Shown here piece after piece: positions 17,078-29,100 of a stretch of DNA of 50,601 nucleotides. The stretch is from a virus (lineage: Duplodnaviria > Caudoviricetes): positions 1-50,601 of IMG/VR virus record IMGVR_UViG_3300036770_004099, one strand, 5' to 3'. The position numbers and the translations under genes were made by a program. A model generated the notes under the pieces. It was not told the DNA's origin. It was given only the letters and a program-made list of their open reading frames with translations, and searched no databases. The first letter of the stretch is position 1. Each line of letters starts with the position of its first letter.

Positions 17078-17607
17078 GATTCCTTAAACAAAAAACTCTT
17101 AGCAAATACAGTCCGAGCGATAATACTTTTATTGCGTACGATACCAGGCCGTTAAGTCATACACAAGACGGTGGCAGGGCCGTGATGGATTTAACAGGCG
17201 GTTTGAGATTACCTAAAGGAACCACAGCACAGCGCCCAGAAATAACTGGATCTGGTATAAGAACACCTAACGGCGCCAACGGTTATATTAGATATAATAC
17301 AACCACTAACAGCCTAGAAGCATATATCGACGGAGTTTGGGAAGTGGTACGAGCACCGGGTGCGACTAGCATAACCAAGCAGACACTAGGTCCCGGAGAC
17401 GATGTAGAAACCACATTTGGACCATTGAGCCAGATTCCTAGTTCTGAAAATAATATCCTCGTGTTTGTAGAAAACGTATTCCAAATTTCAGACACTAATT
17501 TCAATCTCGTAGACAATTATCTCGGATCGGGTAATACGCATATCGTGTTTACCAGTCCGGTACCGTTGGATAAATTAGTAACCATATATTTTGGTTTTGC
17601 TAATTAA
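17074..17607 (+). CDS. Virion structural protein (177 aa)
   Basis: LRLPKGTTAQRP...G.IRYNT....LE.Y..G.W fibre-junction motif; ILVFVENVFQ. Confidence 0.7.
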   Translation: MRFLKQKTLSKYSPSDNTFIAYDTRPLSHTQDGGRAVMDLTGGLRLPKGTTAQRPEITGSGIRTPNGANGYIRYNTTTNSLEAYIDGVWEVVRAPGATSITKQTLGPGDDVETTFGPLSQIPSSENNILVFVENVFQISDTNFNLVDNYLGSGNTHIVFTSPVPLDKLVTIYFGFAN

Positions 17608-17615
17608 GGAATATC

Positions 17616-18710
17616 ATGAGCGAAAATCCGTATCTAGCACAACTAGGAAGAATTAGCGGAAAATTATTAACCTCTAATCTAGAAAGAAACGGTGTCGATC
17701 TAACCTTTAGAGCAGGAGCAACTGATCCTGATCTCTTGTATCTCGATGTCAACACTATGAAGATTGGAATTAATTCCAATCCTCCTACGACCGATTTAGA
17801 AATAACCGGATACAGTCGAGTCAGTAATGATGTCTTAGTCACTGGAACCGATGCCATCATAGATAATGTTGTCATAGGAACCAACGGAACATTTTCTTCG
17901 GTGGTCGGACCTATTAACATAGTGCCTACGGGCGCAGATGCATATGTTCAATATTCTAGAGTATTAACCACCGATTTTGAGATAGAGACTAACTATCTAC
18001 AGGTCACTACAACTAATCAAAACCTAGAATTGATCGCTTCCGGAACAGGAAAAATAGATATACAGAGTTCTACTGATATATCAGGAAATCTAGAAGTTAC
18101 CGGAAATATCGTTGCTACTGGAAATATACAATTAAACGGACAGTTTTTTATCGGCGATAGCCCGTTAGATACTGTGACAGTAAATCCGGATTTTCAACAG
18201 GGTCTAATATCAAATGCTACTGACAGTTACGATCTAGGATCTCCGTCTCGCCGCTGGTCGCAGATATGGATCGCTGGGATAATAACGGATCAACTATCTA
18301 CCACCACATTAGAAGTCAGCGGCCAAACTGCTGCATCAGGAAATACTATCACGACTATACAAAGCAATGAAGATCTGCTGATATCTCCAGATACAGGTAT
18401 CTATCACCTAGAAAATTTAGATATAGAAGATAATATAATCAATAATACTTCGCTGTCTCAAAATTTTATTTTAAGTCATACTGGAAACGGATATCTTCAA
18501 ATCACAGATACTAATGCATTTCGCATGCCTGCTGGTGATAATTCCCAGCGTGTAGGAATCGAAGTTGGCGAAACACGGTGGAATAATCAAGAAGGCTACT
18601 TGGAGTGTTTTGACGGATCTATCTGGCAGATAGCCACAGGTGGCGGAGTAGTTGTAACTCCAGCATTCATGGAAGAATTAAGCCACCGTTATACTCTCAT
18701 CTTTGGTTAA
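17616..18710 (+). CDS. Fibre protein (364 aa), paralog of 18832
   Basis: GRISG.LL..NL.R.GVDL.F...LLYLDV, repeated N.NL.L.A.GTG units, C-terminal P.G...QR...G..R.N motif. Confidence 0.75.
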   Translation: MSENPYLAQLGRISGKLLTSNLERNGVDLTFRAGATDPDLLYLDVNTMKIGINSNPPTTDLEITGYSRVSNDVLVTGTDAIIDNVVIGTNGTFSSVVGPINIVPTGADAYVQYSRVLTTDFEIETNYLQVTTTNQNLELIASGTGKIDIQSSTDISGNLEVTGNIVATGNIQLNGQFFIGDSPLDTVTVNPDFQQGLISNATDSYDLGSPSRRWSQIWIAGIITDQLSTTTLEVSGQTAASGNTITTIQSNEDLLISPDTGIYHLENLDIEDNIINNTSLSQNFILSHTGNGYLQITDTNAFRMPAGDNSQRVGIEVGETRWNNQEGYLECFDGSIWQIATGGGVVVTPAFMEELSHRYTLIFG

Positions 18711-18722
18711 ATTTCCAATCTG

Positions 18723-18831
18723 TATAAATACTACTAATCGCTTTCAGTGACCAACTGTTGCGGGACTCAACTGTGGTAAACCCGCAATGTAAGGTGGTTA
18801 TCCGTGAAACACGGTGTATTGAGGAGAGCGT
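18723..18831 (+). promoter_or_regulatory. Late promoter TATAAATA plus ~100-nt structured leader with an anti-SD pairing
   Basis: Perfect promoter at 18723-18730; helices 18758-64/18781-87, 18748-53/18795-800, 18802-06/18810-14; loop CTCAA (18766-70) complementary to TTGAG (18819-23). Confidence 0.65.
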
Positions 18832-19884
18832 ATGGCTATTGGTCGCATTTCCGGTCCGCTCTTAAAGGCTAACCTCGTCAGAGATGGCGTAGATCTAGCG
18901 TTTGAGACCGACCTCTTGTATCTCGATGTAAATAATTCTCGCATCGGCATCAATACGGCTGCACCTCAATACGAATTAGATGTGGTTGGTACGACTCGGA
19001 CCACAGATCTCGAAGTAACTAATCAATTAGACGTAGGAAATATAACGATCACAGGAAACACCATTTCTAGTGATCTTCCAATCATTAATTTTGTAGCATC
19101 GGGTGGCGAAGCCACAGCATATCACAGTAGATTAATAGTTAACGATCTAGAATTCCACGGTAACACTATTTCTACAACAGTTTCAAACGCCAATTTAGAA
19201 TTACGTGCCAACGGCACAGGCAAAGTCGATATCCTGTCAAGCACAGATATCACAGGAAACCTAAATGTCAACGGTGATATTTCAGCCACAGGTGATATCA
19301 CTATAGGTGGTAATCTCATCATCGGTGATAGTATCACTGATACTGTCACGATCAATGCCAGTATCAGCAGCGATTTAATTCCAGAATCGGATAATGCTTT
19401 TGATCTAGGATCATCTGCTTATCGTTGGAGAAATATATATGCTGCGGGTGTTTTTGGCAGCACCTTAAGTCTAGCGCAGTTTGATATAGGTAACCTAATA
19501 CTCTACGATAATATCATAACGACTACGACCAACCAAGATATCATTCTAGATGCCAATGGAACTGGTTTCGTAGTCATAGGTAATTTCAGGATACGCGGAA
19601 GTACTATACAAAATTATGTCGCTGACAGCGTAACACAAATCGATCAAACAGGAACCGGATTTTTTAAAATTTCCGGAACCAATGCGTTTATTCCTCCTGT
19701 AGGTAATACCGGCCAGAGACCCACTGCCTATGCAGTTGAAGGAATGACCAGATACAACACTGATTCAAAAGCGTTGGAAATATGGGACGGTATTTCTTGG
19801 GTCAGTCCGGCAGGTACTATCGGTGCGGTATCAGAAGCCACAGCCAACGAAATTGCTGCAAAATTTGCACTAACATTAGGATAA
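18832..19884 (+). CDS. Fibre protein (350 aa), paralog of 17616
   Basis: MAIGRISGPLLKANLVRDGVDLAF; same repeat architecture as 17616. Confidence 0.75.
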   Translation: MAIGRISGPLLKANLVRDGVDLAFETDLLYLDVNNSRIGINTAAPQYELDVVGTTRTTDLEVTNQLDVGNITITGNTISSDLPIINFVASGGEATAYHSRLIVNDLEFHGNTISTTVSNANLELRANGTGKVDILSSTDITGNLNVNGDISATGDITIGGNLIIGDSITDTVTINASISSDLIPESDNAFDLGSSAYRWRNIYAAGVFGSTLSLAQFDIGNLILYDNIITTTTNQDIILDANGTGFVVIGNFRIRGSTIQNYVADSVTQIDQTGTGFFKISGTNAFIPPVGNTGQRPTAYAVEGMTRYNTDSKALEIWDGISWVSPAGTIGAVSEATANEIAAKFALTLG

Positions 19885-19891
19885 AGAAGAA

Positions 19892-20224
19892 ATGCCGACG
19901 ACATTTAAACAAGCCGCAGCCAGTAGCATAGGAACCGGACCTGTAGATGTGCTAACAGTGCCTGTAGGATTTACTGCTACTGTGATAGGTTGCAATATAG
20001 CAAACACAACAGAGTATGACACTGTCAGCGTAGATGTTTACGTCACAGGAGCAGACAGCGTCGATACGGTTTATATCAAAGGATTGGTGATTTCTCCTAA
20101 TGCCGCAGTTAAGATCATAACTAACGGAGAAAAATTAATATTGCCGCAAAATAACGGTATAAAAATAGTCAGCGATCTCGCAGACAGCGTGAGTGCTGTT
20201 ATCAGTTACGTAGAACTGTCATAA
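19892..20224 (+). CDS. Small beta-sandwich fibre adaptor, paralog 2 (110 aa)
   Basis: TVIGCNIAN...V.V.V...GEKLIL...ISYVELS. Confidence 0.65.
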   Translation: MPTTFKQAAASSIGTGPVDVLTVPVGFTATVIGCNIANTTEYDTVSVDVYVTGADSVDTVYIKGLVISPNAAVKIITNGEKLILPQNNGIKIVSDLADSVSAVISYVELS

Positions 20225-20234
20225 GGAAACGACG

Positions 20235-20606
20235 ATGGCCAATAACAATTATTACTTAGGGACAGATCCTCAAACTAGATTAGGCGATACTCCTAGATTT
20301 TTTTATGGTTTGAGAAAAAATGAAAACGGCAGCCTATTTCTTATTCGCAGCGATCAGATGAAAGATTCAGATACCATACAGTTAAATAACCCAGGGGAAG
20401 AATCTGAGAACTACACAGATTTTGAAGTCGGCGTAGATTTTTTCGAAGGCATAGATGTCAATCATAATCCGGTTTTTGAAAATCTAAGAATACAGCAGTA
20501 CCGTTGGGACGACCGGGCTATATTTTATTACATAGATTCAGATGGTGAACTAATTGTTAGAATTAATAACGGTCATACCTATAACAATCTTGATTCAGAG
20601 GATTAA
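20235..20606 (+). CDS. Hypothetical virion protein (123 aa)
   Basis: FFYGLRK...G.LF and QYRWD..AIFYYID.DGEL..R.N; SD present. Confidence 0.7.
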   Translation: MANNNYYLGTDPQTRLGDTPRFFYGLRKNENGSLFLIRSDQMKDSDTIQLNNPGEESENYTDFEVGVDFFEGIDVNHNPVFENLRIQQYRWDDRAIFYYIDSDGELIVRINNGHTYNNLDSED

Positions 20607-20610
20607 TTAA

Positions 20611-23600
20611 ATGGCAGAGTTTAAACTAGGGAGATTTAGATATACATGGCGAGGAAACTGGTCGGCGTTCGGTCGTTATAATCCCGACGATATTGTTAGT
20701 TATGGTGGAAAAGTATATGTCAGTCTAGAAAGCCACATAGCCAATCAAAATTTTTACAATGACTTAAATTTCTTTAACAACGACGTACCTCCTTTGTTGG
20801 TTCCTAAATGGGAATTAATGGCCGACGGTGTTAGTTGGCTAGGCAATTGGCAGCCTAACACATATTACAACATAGGCGATATTATTAAACTTGGCGGAAC
20901 TGTGTATGTCTGCGTTTCTGGGCATGAGTCAGTATCGCATGAAGTAGATTTCCCCAGCCAAATCGCCAACTGGACCGTACAGATCAATGCGCAAGATTGG
21001 AAAATTGATTGGTCGGCTGCCACTTATTATAAAGTCAACGACATAGTGAGATATGGAGGCAGAGTATTTCGCTGTAATACATCTCACCAATCCGGCGATG
21101 CAGGATCTGGATTAGAATCATCATCTGCGTTCTGGAATTTGATTTCTATCGCTGACGATTGGCAAGGAGATTGGTCCACTGATACCAGATACAAAACCAA
21201 CGATCTAGTTCGATACGGCGGCCTAGTCTATAGATGCGATGTAGGACATTTTTCAACTAGTTCTGTGGTCGAAGGTCTAGAAGACGATCAAGCAAAATGG
21301 TCCTTGATATACGAAGGCATACGACATCGCGGAAATTGGGCTCCCGCACAACTATATTTGGTCAATGATACAGTAAAATACGGTTCATATCTATACAAAG
21401 CCACTACATTTCATCAGTCTGGATCGTCTATAGATCTTTCTTATTTTGAAATATATCTTCCTGGACAAGAATTTGACACCGAATGGCAAATCGCTACAGT
21501 ATATCAAGCAGGAGATGTAGTTAATTATGGTGGTAATCTATATTTCTCACTATCTCTGAACTCCGGAATCGTTCCTAGCACAGATATTTCTAACTGGCAA
21601 TTGTTGTTCCAAGGTAGCAGAATGCTAGGCGCCTGGAGCGCATTGATCGATTATCGATTAGGAGATGTGGTTCGCAGAGGCGGAAATGTCTATGCCTGCT
21701 TGTTAGACCACAGAAATCAGGACCCCGATTTTCTAAATGACGGTAGCACGACGAATTCAACGTACTGGGATTTGATCATCCCAGGAATCCGTTGGAGAGG
21801 AGTGTGGAGTCTCGGACAGACCTATCTAGCCGGCGATACTGTGGTTTGGGTATCTAGTTCATATCGATGCTTAGACAAACATCTATCAACCAATCAAAAT
21901 CGTCCCGACGATGATCCAGAAGACGGCAGCACCTTGCAAGGAAGATATTGGGCTAAGATCACCGACGGCAATAAGATCAACAGATTAAAAGAAGTAGGAG
22001 ATATTCGTACATTCGGCGACACTGGCGATGGCAGCACTATAGGTACTAAAGCACTGAGTATAGGAACGCAAGGTACCGTGCTGACTGCAGCAAGTTCCGG
22101 AGAAGTATCTTGGAATCTATTACAGACCAGCAACAAAGTCTATTATGTAGCAGAATTCGGAGAAGATATCCCCACAGCAGGAACCAGTCCACAAAATCCA
22201 TGGAGGACCATCCGATACGCCACTGAAAATATCACTGGTTATGCGACTATTTTTGTAAGGACCGGAGTCTACGACGAAATACTTCCGATACGTGTACCGT
22301 CGTTTGTGGCCATAGTAGGTGATGAATTGCGCAGCACAGAAGTAAGGCCTGGTAATAACATATTGTCTGCTGAATATATCACTTATATCTTAGAAGCCGT
22401 GAAGTATATACAAGACATCATAGGTTTTGTGGTACGAGCCATTCCCGTAGGCGATGAAGGTGCTTCCTTCGGAACTGTGCTATACGGTGAGATACCGCAG
22501 GATATCTCAGGACCTGCCGCGACCAGCAACGAAGCACTGATCGCAGATTCATTGATCAATCAATTTATCAGTAGACTAGAACTTCAAAATCCTGCTTCTA
22601 TATCGGGATCTCCCGCATTAACCGGTGATGCAGATAGACTAGCGGCTAGAAATCAGATAATAGCCAACAAAGAATTTATCAAAAACGAAGCCACGCTTTA
22701 TGTAGAAAATGTCTATACTGATTCTACAGTGACTAATCTTCCCGAAAGATGGAGCAGTGACCTAGATAGAATAGTCGACGGTCTAATCTACGATACCGGA
22801 TATGTCGGAAACTGGAAAACCATAGAAGCAGCCAATTATTTTCTATGTGCTAGCGACTATGATATCAACAAAATACAGAACATGTTTCTATTAAGAGATG
22901 GCACCGGCTTGAGAAACATGACCTTTACCGGACTTTCAGGAACATTGGTCGGCCTTTCGACACTCGAAGTCACACAGCGACCCAGTGCAGGCGCTTATGC
23001 TTCGCTGGATCCGGGTTGGGGACCGGGAGACAGTTCTGCCTGGGTGGGAACTAAATCGCCTTATGTCCAAAACGTTACTACCTTCGGCGACGGATGTGTA
23101 GGCTTAAAAATCGACGGCGATCTGCATTCTGGCGGTAATCAAACCATAGTCGCTAATGATTTTACTCAGATTCTTTCAGACGGTATTGGAGTTTGGGCCA
23201 ACGGTACTGGACGAACAGAAGTGGTTTCGGTGTTTACCTACTATAATCACATAGGATACCTCTGCACCAACGGCGGAAAAATCCGGGGCACTAACGGTAA
23301 CTGTTCTTACGGACAATTTGGAGCAGTATCAGACGGTTTCAATACCACAGAAGTTCCTATCACGGCTTCAGTAAACAATCGATACTATGATGCCGCGGTC
23401 TATCAAGTTCTCTGTAACGAAAACAATCAATTGTTGAAATTCTTCTACTCCAATGCCGGGGTAGAATATACCTCCGCGACAGGAACGATCACAGGTTCAG
23501 GAACCGGACAAGAAGTGGTATTCGATGAATTTCGCAGCGGGGGCGTCTATGAAGTTAGGATTTCCGATCCAGGAGATTCTTCAGCCGCTGGAGGTTCTGG

Positions 23601-26067
23601 ATATGTATTTGCGACCAATGCTTCCCAGGGAGGAGACACGACCCAGATCCAATTAGCCGGATCAGACGAAAATCTAGCATCTAATTATAGACAGATGCGA
23701 TTGGTCATAGGACGAGGAACAGGAACAGGCCAGTATGGATATATCGCAGAATATGATTTCGCGGGCAAATATGCATACATCGGACTAGAATACCAGCCAC
23801 AGGTCACTGTTACTACCAGTAGTTCTACCGGAAATATATTAACTACCAGTTCTACTACACATCTATCTCTCAATGATCCGGTGATTTTTGTAGGCACTAA
23901 GTTTGGTAACATTCAAGATTTCACGGTCTATTATATTAAAACTCTGCCCAGTTCTACTCAATTTACACTAAGTGATACTCCTGGAGGAGCCACATTCAAT
24001 TTGATCAACGGCAGTGGACTAATGGTCATGCACAGCGTGGGCTGGCAACACTTTGTCGAAGGTACTGCCATAGAACCTGTATTAGATAATACTTCAAATT
24101 ACTTTATAGAACCAAGAGTTAATTTTAGCAGTCCGGGTTTCAGCGCATCGGCCATGACATTACCTGCGAATCGACAGTGGACCAGCATAGCAGCAGGACC
24201 AAATAACATCGTAGCAGTAGCACTGGATTCTAATATCGCTGTATATTCTGGAAACAATGGCGCTGCTTGGAACAACGGAACCTTGCCCGCCACAGCATTA
24301 TGGACCAAAGTCAAATATGTCGGCGGAAGATTCATGGCGTTCGCATCTGGCGGCCAAGCGGCAGTCAGCACAGACGGAACATCGTGGTCATCGATGTCTA
24401 TGCCCAGCACAGCAGAATGGAGAGATGTCGCCTACGGAGAAGGAAAATGGGTGGCAGTGGCCACTGGAGGTACTAAAGCAGCCTATTCTACCGACGGTAG
24501 TTCTTGGCTTGCCGCAACATTACCGGAAGGCGCAGACTGGAACGCGATCGAGTATGGTAAAGGTAAATTTGTTACCACCGCACTCAGCGATTCTTCCACT
24601 GGAGTATCAGTGGCTTACAGCGATAACGGTATCAGTTGGACAGCAGGATCTATTCCGCAAGGATCATATTCGCTGGCCTACGGCAACAATAGATTCGTGG
24701 CTCTATCAGGCGGATATGCAGGAGCCACCGAAGTATCTATCAGTTTTGACGGTATCACTTGGACAGAAAGTACCATAGCAGCAGCAGATTGGAGAGCGAT
24801 CAAATACGCAGGAGGTCTGTTTGTTGCTGTCGCCAACGGCAGCGCAGATATGGCGCTATCTATAGATGGAAAACGATGGACCTATCAGTCTATGACGACT
24901 TCTGCAGAATATTGTGATGTCACTTACTCAACATTAGTCAATCCTGGAAGATTCATCGCTATAGCAGGTTTAGTAGCCAACTCAACGACCGGCAGAATCA
25001 TTGCTACAGGTAGGACTACGGAAGCAAGAGCAGTGGTCGTTTCTGGAAGGATTTCTGCTATCAATGTCTGGGAACCGGGCAGCGGCTATGTCAGCGCACC
25101 TGTCATAACAGTCAATGATCCCAACAACAGCTCAGAAGTGGCTACCACTGTGCGAGTAGGTAACGGAGTTATCGCAGGACCTACAATTATAAACAGAGGT
25201 ACAGGATTTGAGACCAGCAGTACCAGAGTATCTATCACTGGAGACGGGTATCGAGATCAATATCAGATAGGTACCGAATTGGTAGTCAGTGGTCTAACGA
25301 GATTGCCGGGACCTGGAGATAACGTAACTATTTCTGGCATCAATGACTACATCTATAAATTGTTAACTGCCACAGTGTTAGGAGGATCTTTAGGCAACTA
25401 TCAAGCTAGGCTAACTATCGCTAAAGATTTAGGTAGAGATGAGAGTCCTGAACATGGAACCGCCGTAGAGATAAGACAATTATATTCTCAGGTAAGATTA
25501 ACTGGCCATGACTTATTAGATATTGGATTAGGTAATTTTATAGAAACTAACTATCCAGATACTTTAAATCCTGTTGGTACGGTGCTAGCACCTGAAAACG
25601 AAGTGATAGAACGAGGGGGCGGTCGCGTATTCTACACAAGCACCGATCAAGACGGTAACTTCCGAGTAGGTGAATTATTTGCCGTAGAACAGGCCACAGG
25701 TACAGTGACTTTAAATGCACAGTTTTTTGAACTACAAGGACTTGAAGAACTGAGATTGGGTGGTGTTACAGTAGGCGGTTCGGGAACTGTTATCAGAGAA
25801 TTTTCTACAGATCCAACTTTTACCGCCGACTCGAACAATATTATTTCAACACAACGGGCTATCAAGGCATATCTAAGTGCTAGAGTATCTGGAGGTGGTG
25901 CAGATGCTATAACTGGTCAATTAACCGCTGGTATAGTTCAAATAGGTCCTGATAGCCTAGGAACTACGACCGGAGACGAATTGATATTTGAAAACAAGGT
26001 GAATTTTAGAGGTGGCATAGATGGAACATTCCTATCACAGGTGTATTTCTTAAGTTGTTCGGCGTAA
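20611..26067 (+). CDS. Giant virion fibre/appendage protein (1818 aa) with CBM5/12-like Trp repeats, a beta-helix-like region and Asp-box/beta-propeller repeats
   Basis: W...Y..ND.V.YGG..Y.C...H.S repeats; SPYVQNVTTFG; AYS.DG..W blades; C-terminus paralogous to 26121. Confidence 0.8.
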   Translation: MAEFKLGRFRYTWRGNWSAFGRYNPDDIVSYGGKVYVSLESHIANQNFYNDLNFFNNDVPPLLVPKWELMADGVSWLGNWQPNTYYNIGDIIKLGGTVYVCVSGHESVSHEVDFPSQIANWTVQINAQDWKIDWSAATYYKVNDIVRYGGRVFRCNTSHQSGDAGSGLESSSAFWNLISIADDWQGDWSTDTRYKTNDLVRYGGLVYRCDVGHFSTSSVVEGLEDDQAKWSLIYEGIRHRGNWAPAQLYLVNDTVKYGSYLYKATTFHQSGSSIDLSYFEIYLPGQEFDTEWQIATVYQAGDVVNYGGNLYFSLSLNSGIVPSTDISNWQLLFQGSRMLGAWSALIDYRLGDVVRRGGNVYACLLDHRNQDPDFLNDGSTTNSTYWDLIIPGIRWRGVWSLGQTYLAGDTVVWVSSSYRCLDKHLSTNQNRPDDDPEDGSTLQGRYWAKITDGNKINRLKEVGDIRTFGDTGDGSTIGTKALSIGTQGTVLTAASSGEVSWNLLQTSNKVYYVAEFGEDIPTAGTSPQNPWRTIRYATENITGYATIFVRTGVYDEILPIRVPSFVAIVGDELRSTEVRPGNNILSAEYITYILEAVKYIQDIIGFVVRAIPVGDEGASFGTVLYGEIPQDISGPAATSNEALIADSLINQFISRLELQNPASISGSPALTGDADRLAARNQIIANKEFIKNEATLYVENVYTDSTVTNLPERWSSDLDRIVDGLIYDTGYVGNWKTIEAANYFLCASDYDINKIQNMFLLRDGTGLRNMTFTGLSGTLVGLSTLEVTQRPSAGAYASLDPGWGPGDSSAWVGTKSPYVQNVTTFGDGCVGLKIDGDLHSGGNQTIVANDFTQILSDGIGVWANGTGRTEVVSVFTYYNHIGYLCTNGGKIRGTNGNCSYGQFGAVSDGFNTTEVPITASVNNRYYDAAVYQVLCNENNQLLKFFYSNAGVEYTSATGTITGSGTGQEVVFDEFRSGGVYEVRISDPGDSSAAGGSGYVFATNASQGGDTTQIQLAGSDENLASNYRQMRLVIGRGTGTGQYGYIAEYDFAGKYAYIGLEYQPQVTVTTSSSTGNILTTSSTTHLSLNDPVIFVGTKFGNIQDFTVYYIKTLPSSTQFTLSDTPGGATFNLINGSGLMVMHSVGWQHFVEGTAIEPVLDNTSNYFIEPRVNFSSPGFSASAMTLPANRQWTSIAAGPNNIVAVALDSNIAVYSGNNGAAWNNGTLPATALWTKVKYVGGRFMAFASGGQAAVSTDGTSWSSMSMPSTAEWRDVAYGEGKWVAVATGGTKAAYSTDGSSWLAATLPEGADWNAIEYGKGKFVTTALSDSSTGVSVAYSDNGISWTAGSIPQGSYSLAYGNNRFVALSGGYAGATEVSISFDGITWTESTIAAADWRAIKYAGGLFVAVANGSADMALSIDGKRWTYQSMTTSAEYCDVTYSTLVNPGRFIAIAGLVANSTTGRIIATGRTTEARAVVVSGRISAINVWEPGSGYVSAPVITVNDPNNSSEVATTVRVGNGVIAGPTIINRGTGFETSSTRVSITGDGYRDQYQIGTELVVSGLTRLPGPGDNVTISGINDYIYKLLTATVLGGSLGNYQARLTIAKDLGRDESPEHGTAVEIRQLYSQVRLTGHDLLDIGLGNFIETNYPDTLNPVGTVLAPENEVIERGGGRVFYTSTDQDGNFRVGELFAVEQATGTVTLNAQFFELQGLEELRLGGVTVGGSGTVIREFSTDPTFTADSNNIISTQRAIKAYLSARVSGGGADAITGQLTAGIVQIGPDSLGTTTGDELIFENKVNFRGGIDGTFLSQVYFLSCSA

Positions 26068-26084
26068 CAGGGATCTTGAGATTG

Positions 26085-26092
26085 AATAAATA
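26085..26092 (+). promoter_or_regulatory. Late promoter AATAAATA
   Basis: Intergenic, upstream of SD GGAG and ATG 26121. Confidence 0.65.
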
Positions 26093-26120
26093 TTAATTAA
26101 TGCGAATTATGGAGCTATAA

Positions 26121-29100
26121 ATGGCTGAATTTAAACTAGGTAGAATTAGATTTGTATGGAAAAATGACTGGGTAACCGGCACAGCATACTACAAAGACGA
26201 CATCGTTGCCTACGGTGGACGCACATATCTCTGTGTTGCGGGACATACCGCAGCCGCAGATTTTTATACCGACCTCGACAATGTTCCGACGAAGTGGAAT
26301 CAGTTCAGTGACGGACAAGACTGGAAAGGTGATTGGACCGGAACCACACTTTATAAAGAAAACGACATCGTCAAATATGGCGGTTATGTCTACATCTGTA
26401 ACAACGGACATACTTCGACCTCTGCGCTAGAGGATAATCAAAGCGATTGGGATCTATTCGCCGAAAGTTTTGATTGGAAAAGTGACTGGACCACCGCGAC
26501 CGTTTACAAAGTGAATGACGTAGTCAAATACGGCGGGTTAGTTTATCTCTGTAACACTGCCCATACTTCAGCAGCCACAACCTCTTTAGGACTAGAGCAG
26601 GATCAAAGCAAATGGGACCTGTTCAGCGAAGGCGTCGATTGGAAAGGAGCATGGACTACGTCTACTAGATATAAAGTAGGCGATCTAGTCAAATACGGTG
26701 GAACCACCTATGTCTGTAATCAAGGACACACATCTGCGGCCACAGCATCTTCGGGTTTAGAAACAGACCAGTCTAAGTGGGATTATTTTAATCAAGGCAT
26801 AGATTACAAAGGAACCTGGGTCACTGCCACGAGATACAAAGTAAACGACATTGTCAAATACGGTGCCGGTACATTTATCTGTATCACGCAACACACAGCA
26901 GCCGCGGCTTTCGCTACAGATACTGCTAACTGGAATCAGATAGTCGAAGGTTTTGAATTTGAGGGTGATTGGTTAGCAGGAACCGTGTATCAACCAGGCG
27001 ATGTTGTTCGTTATGGCGGAAATTCCTACATCTCAAAAACAAATCACACTGCTGTTGGAGGTCAAGTTCCCCCGACGCAGACCCTTATTTGGGACCTGTT
27101 CGCAGAAGGTTTTAGATTACAGGGTGATTGGGCCGGCGGCGCCACAGAGTATAAGATTGGTGAAATCGTAAGACACGGTGGATTCACATACGTGGCCATC
27201 GCAGACAGTCAAAATCAAGTCCCGCCCAACCCAACATATTGGAACAAATTAAACGAAGGTATCGATTGGCAGGGCGACTGGACGGTAGCCACAGTTTATA
27301 AATTGGGAGATGCTGTTAAATATGGTCCTAATTCATACATATGTATTCAAGGTCACACAGCAACTAACGGATCTGATAGACCAGACAATGACGGAATAGG
27401 AGCCTATTGGAACCTATTAACTGCTGGTAACGAAGAAACAGTATTAACTACCATAGGAGACTTAGTCTATTATTCCGGATCAGGACCTGCTAGATTGCCT
27501 ATAGGTGAAGAAGGTCAAGTATTGACTGTTAGTTCCGGTCTGCCTGCATGGGAATATTTCGGTAAGATCGAAAATGTATTTTATGTAGGTCCTAACGGCA
27601 CAGACAGTCCTGCTCCAATCTATGGAATGACCATAGATCAACCCTGGGCCACAGTTCGTTATGCCTGCGAACAGATCGATCTAGGAACAGAATATCCAAA
27701 CGCCAGTTATCTATTAAGGATGAATAGATCATTCATCCAGAGAGAAATCACCGAATGGGTAGACTATCAGATAACCAATAACATTGGTGTGTTTTCCGGA
27801 TTTACCAACGACAATGAAGCATTGTGCGAAAGAGATATGGGCCTGATTTTAGATGCAATAATTTACGATCTAACCCATACAGGTAATGTGAAAACAATAG
27901 ATGCGACCAGAACCTATTTCAACACAGCAGGCACAGCATTGATTCCTGCTATCGCCGACGAAGACGAACAATTGGTCGCTGCTATTAACTATGGAGTGAC
28001 TTTGATTGGCAATATTCTTGCGAATTCGGCTCCTGCTGCTAATTATCAAGCACTAAACGGAATTTCTGCCAGCGATCGTACTTTGCAGATCATCGATGCA
28101 ACTTACACAGCAGAAAATGGCACATTAACGATCTGTCAAGATCTCGCAGCCATCATAACAGATGCTGTTACTGCAGGCAATACATCCGGCGTACCTCCAG
28201 AAGATATTCCAAACTACACCATAAACATTAAAACAGGACTATACGAAGAAGTCTTACCGATTCGTGTACCTAGTAACACAGCCATCGTTGGCGATGAATT
28301 AAGATCTGCCCGAGTAAGTCCAGCAGGTAAACTCGTGGGCAATAACGACAAGGCTAAAACTATTGCAACATTGCAGCACCTGCAGTCTATTACCGGAGAT
28401 ATCGTACAGAATATTTCAGTAACACCAACATCTGGTAATGTTGAAACACAAGATATTACATCTCAGAATGAAGGAAATGCTGGAAGCAGCACTGCGGTAA
28501 CAAGATTACAGGCAGGTGTTGCCGAAATCAAAGACATATTAACTAATGGGCTCGGCGCAGTAGATGCGTTCACATTTGGAACTCCTACTAACTGGGGAAG
28601 TTCTCTGACCAATGTCGCTTATGCTTCGACCGGAAACGGTTCAGGTGCTACTACCGGATATGATGATGCTAGAGCGCAGATACTGGCCAACACAGCATTT
28701 ATCAAGGCAGAAATCACAGCATGGATCGCTGTCCAGGTAGCAGGATCCATAGCACCGTTTACTGCAGGATTTACCTACGATGCAGCAGCCTGCGCCCGAG
28801 ATGTAGAATACATATTAGACGCGATTCGTTATGATCTAACATATGGCGGTAACACACAGACCATGGTGGCTGCAAAAGCATACTACAGTTACGGTGTAGC
28901 GACATTCGGCGACGGCGAAAAAGATGAGACATTAGCCGCATATGCTAGATTAAAAACAGTGCTGGGCGAAGTCATCACTGAAACTGCGGTTTCTGTAAGC
29001 GCAGGAAATGCTGAAGTCCAAGATACCAGCGGTACTGCAGGTACAACAGCCAGCAAGAATTTTGGAGAAGAAAGAATCCAAGATATCATAGATGTCATCA

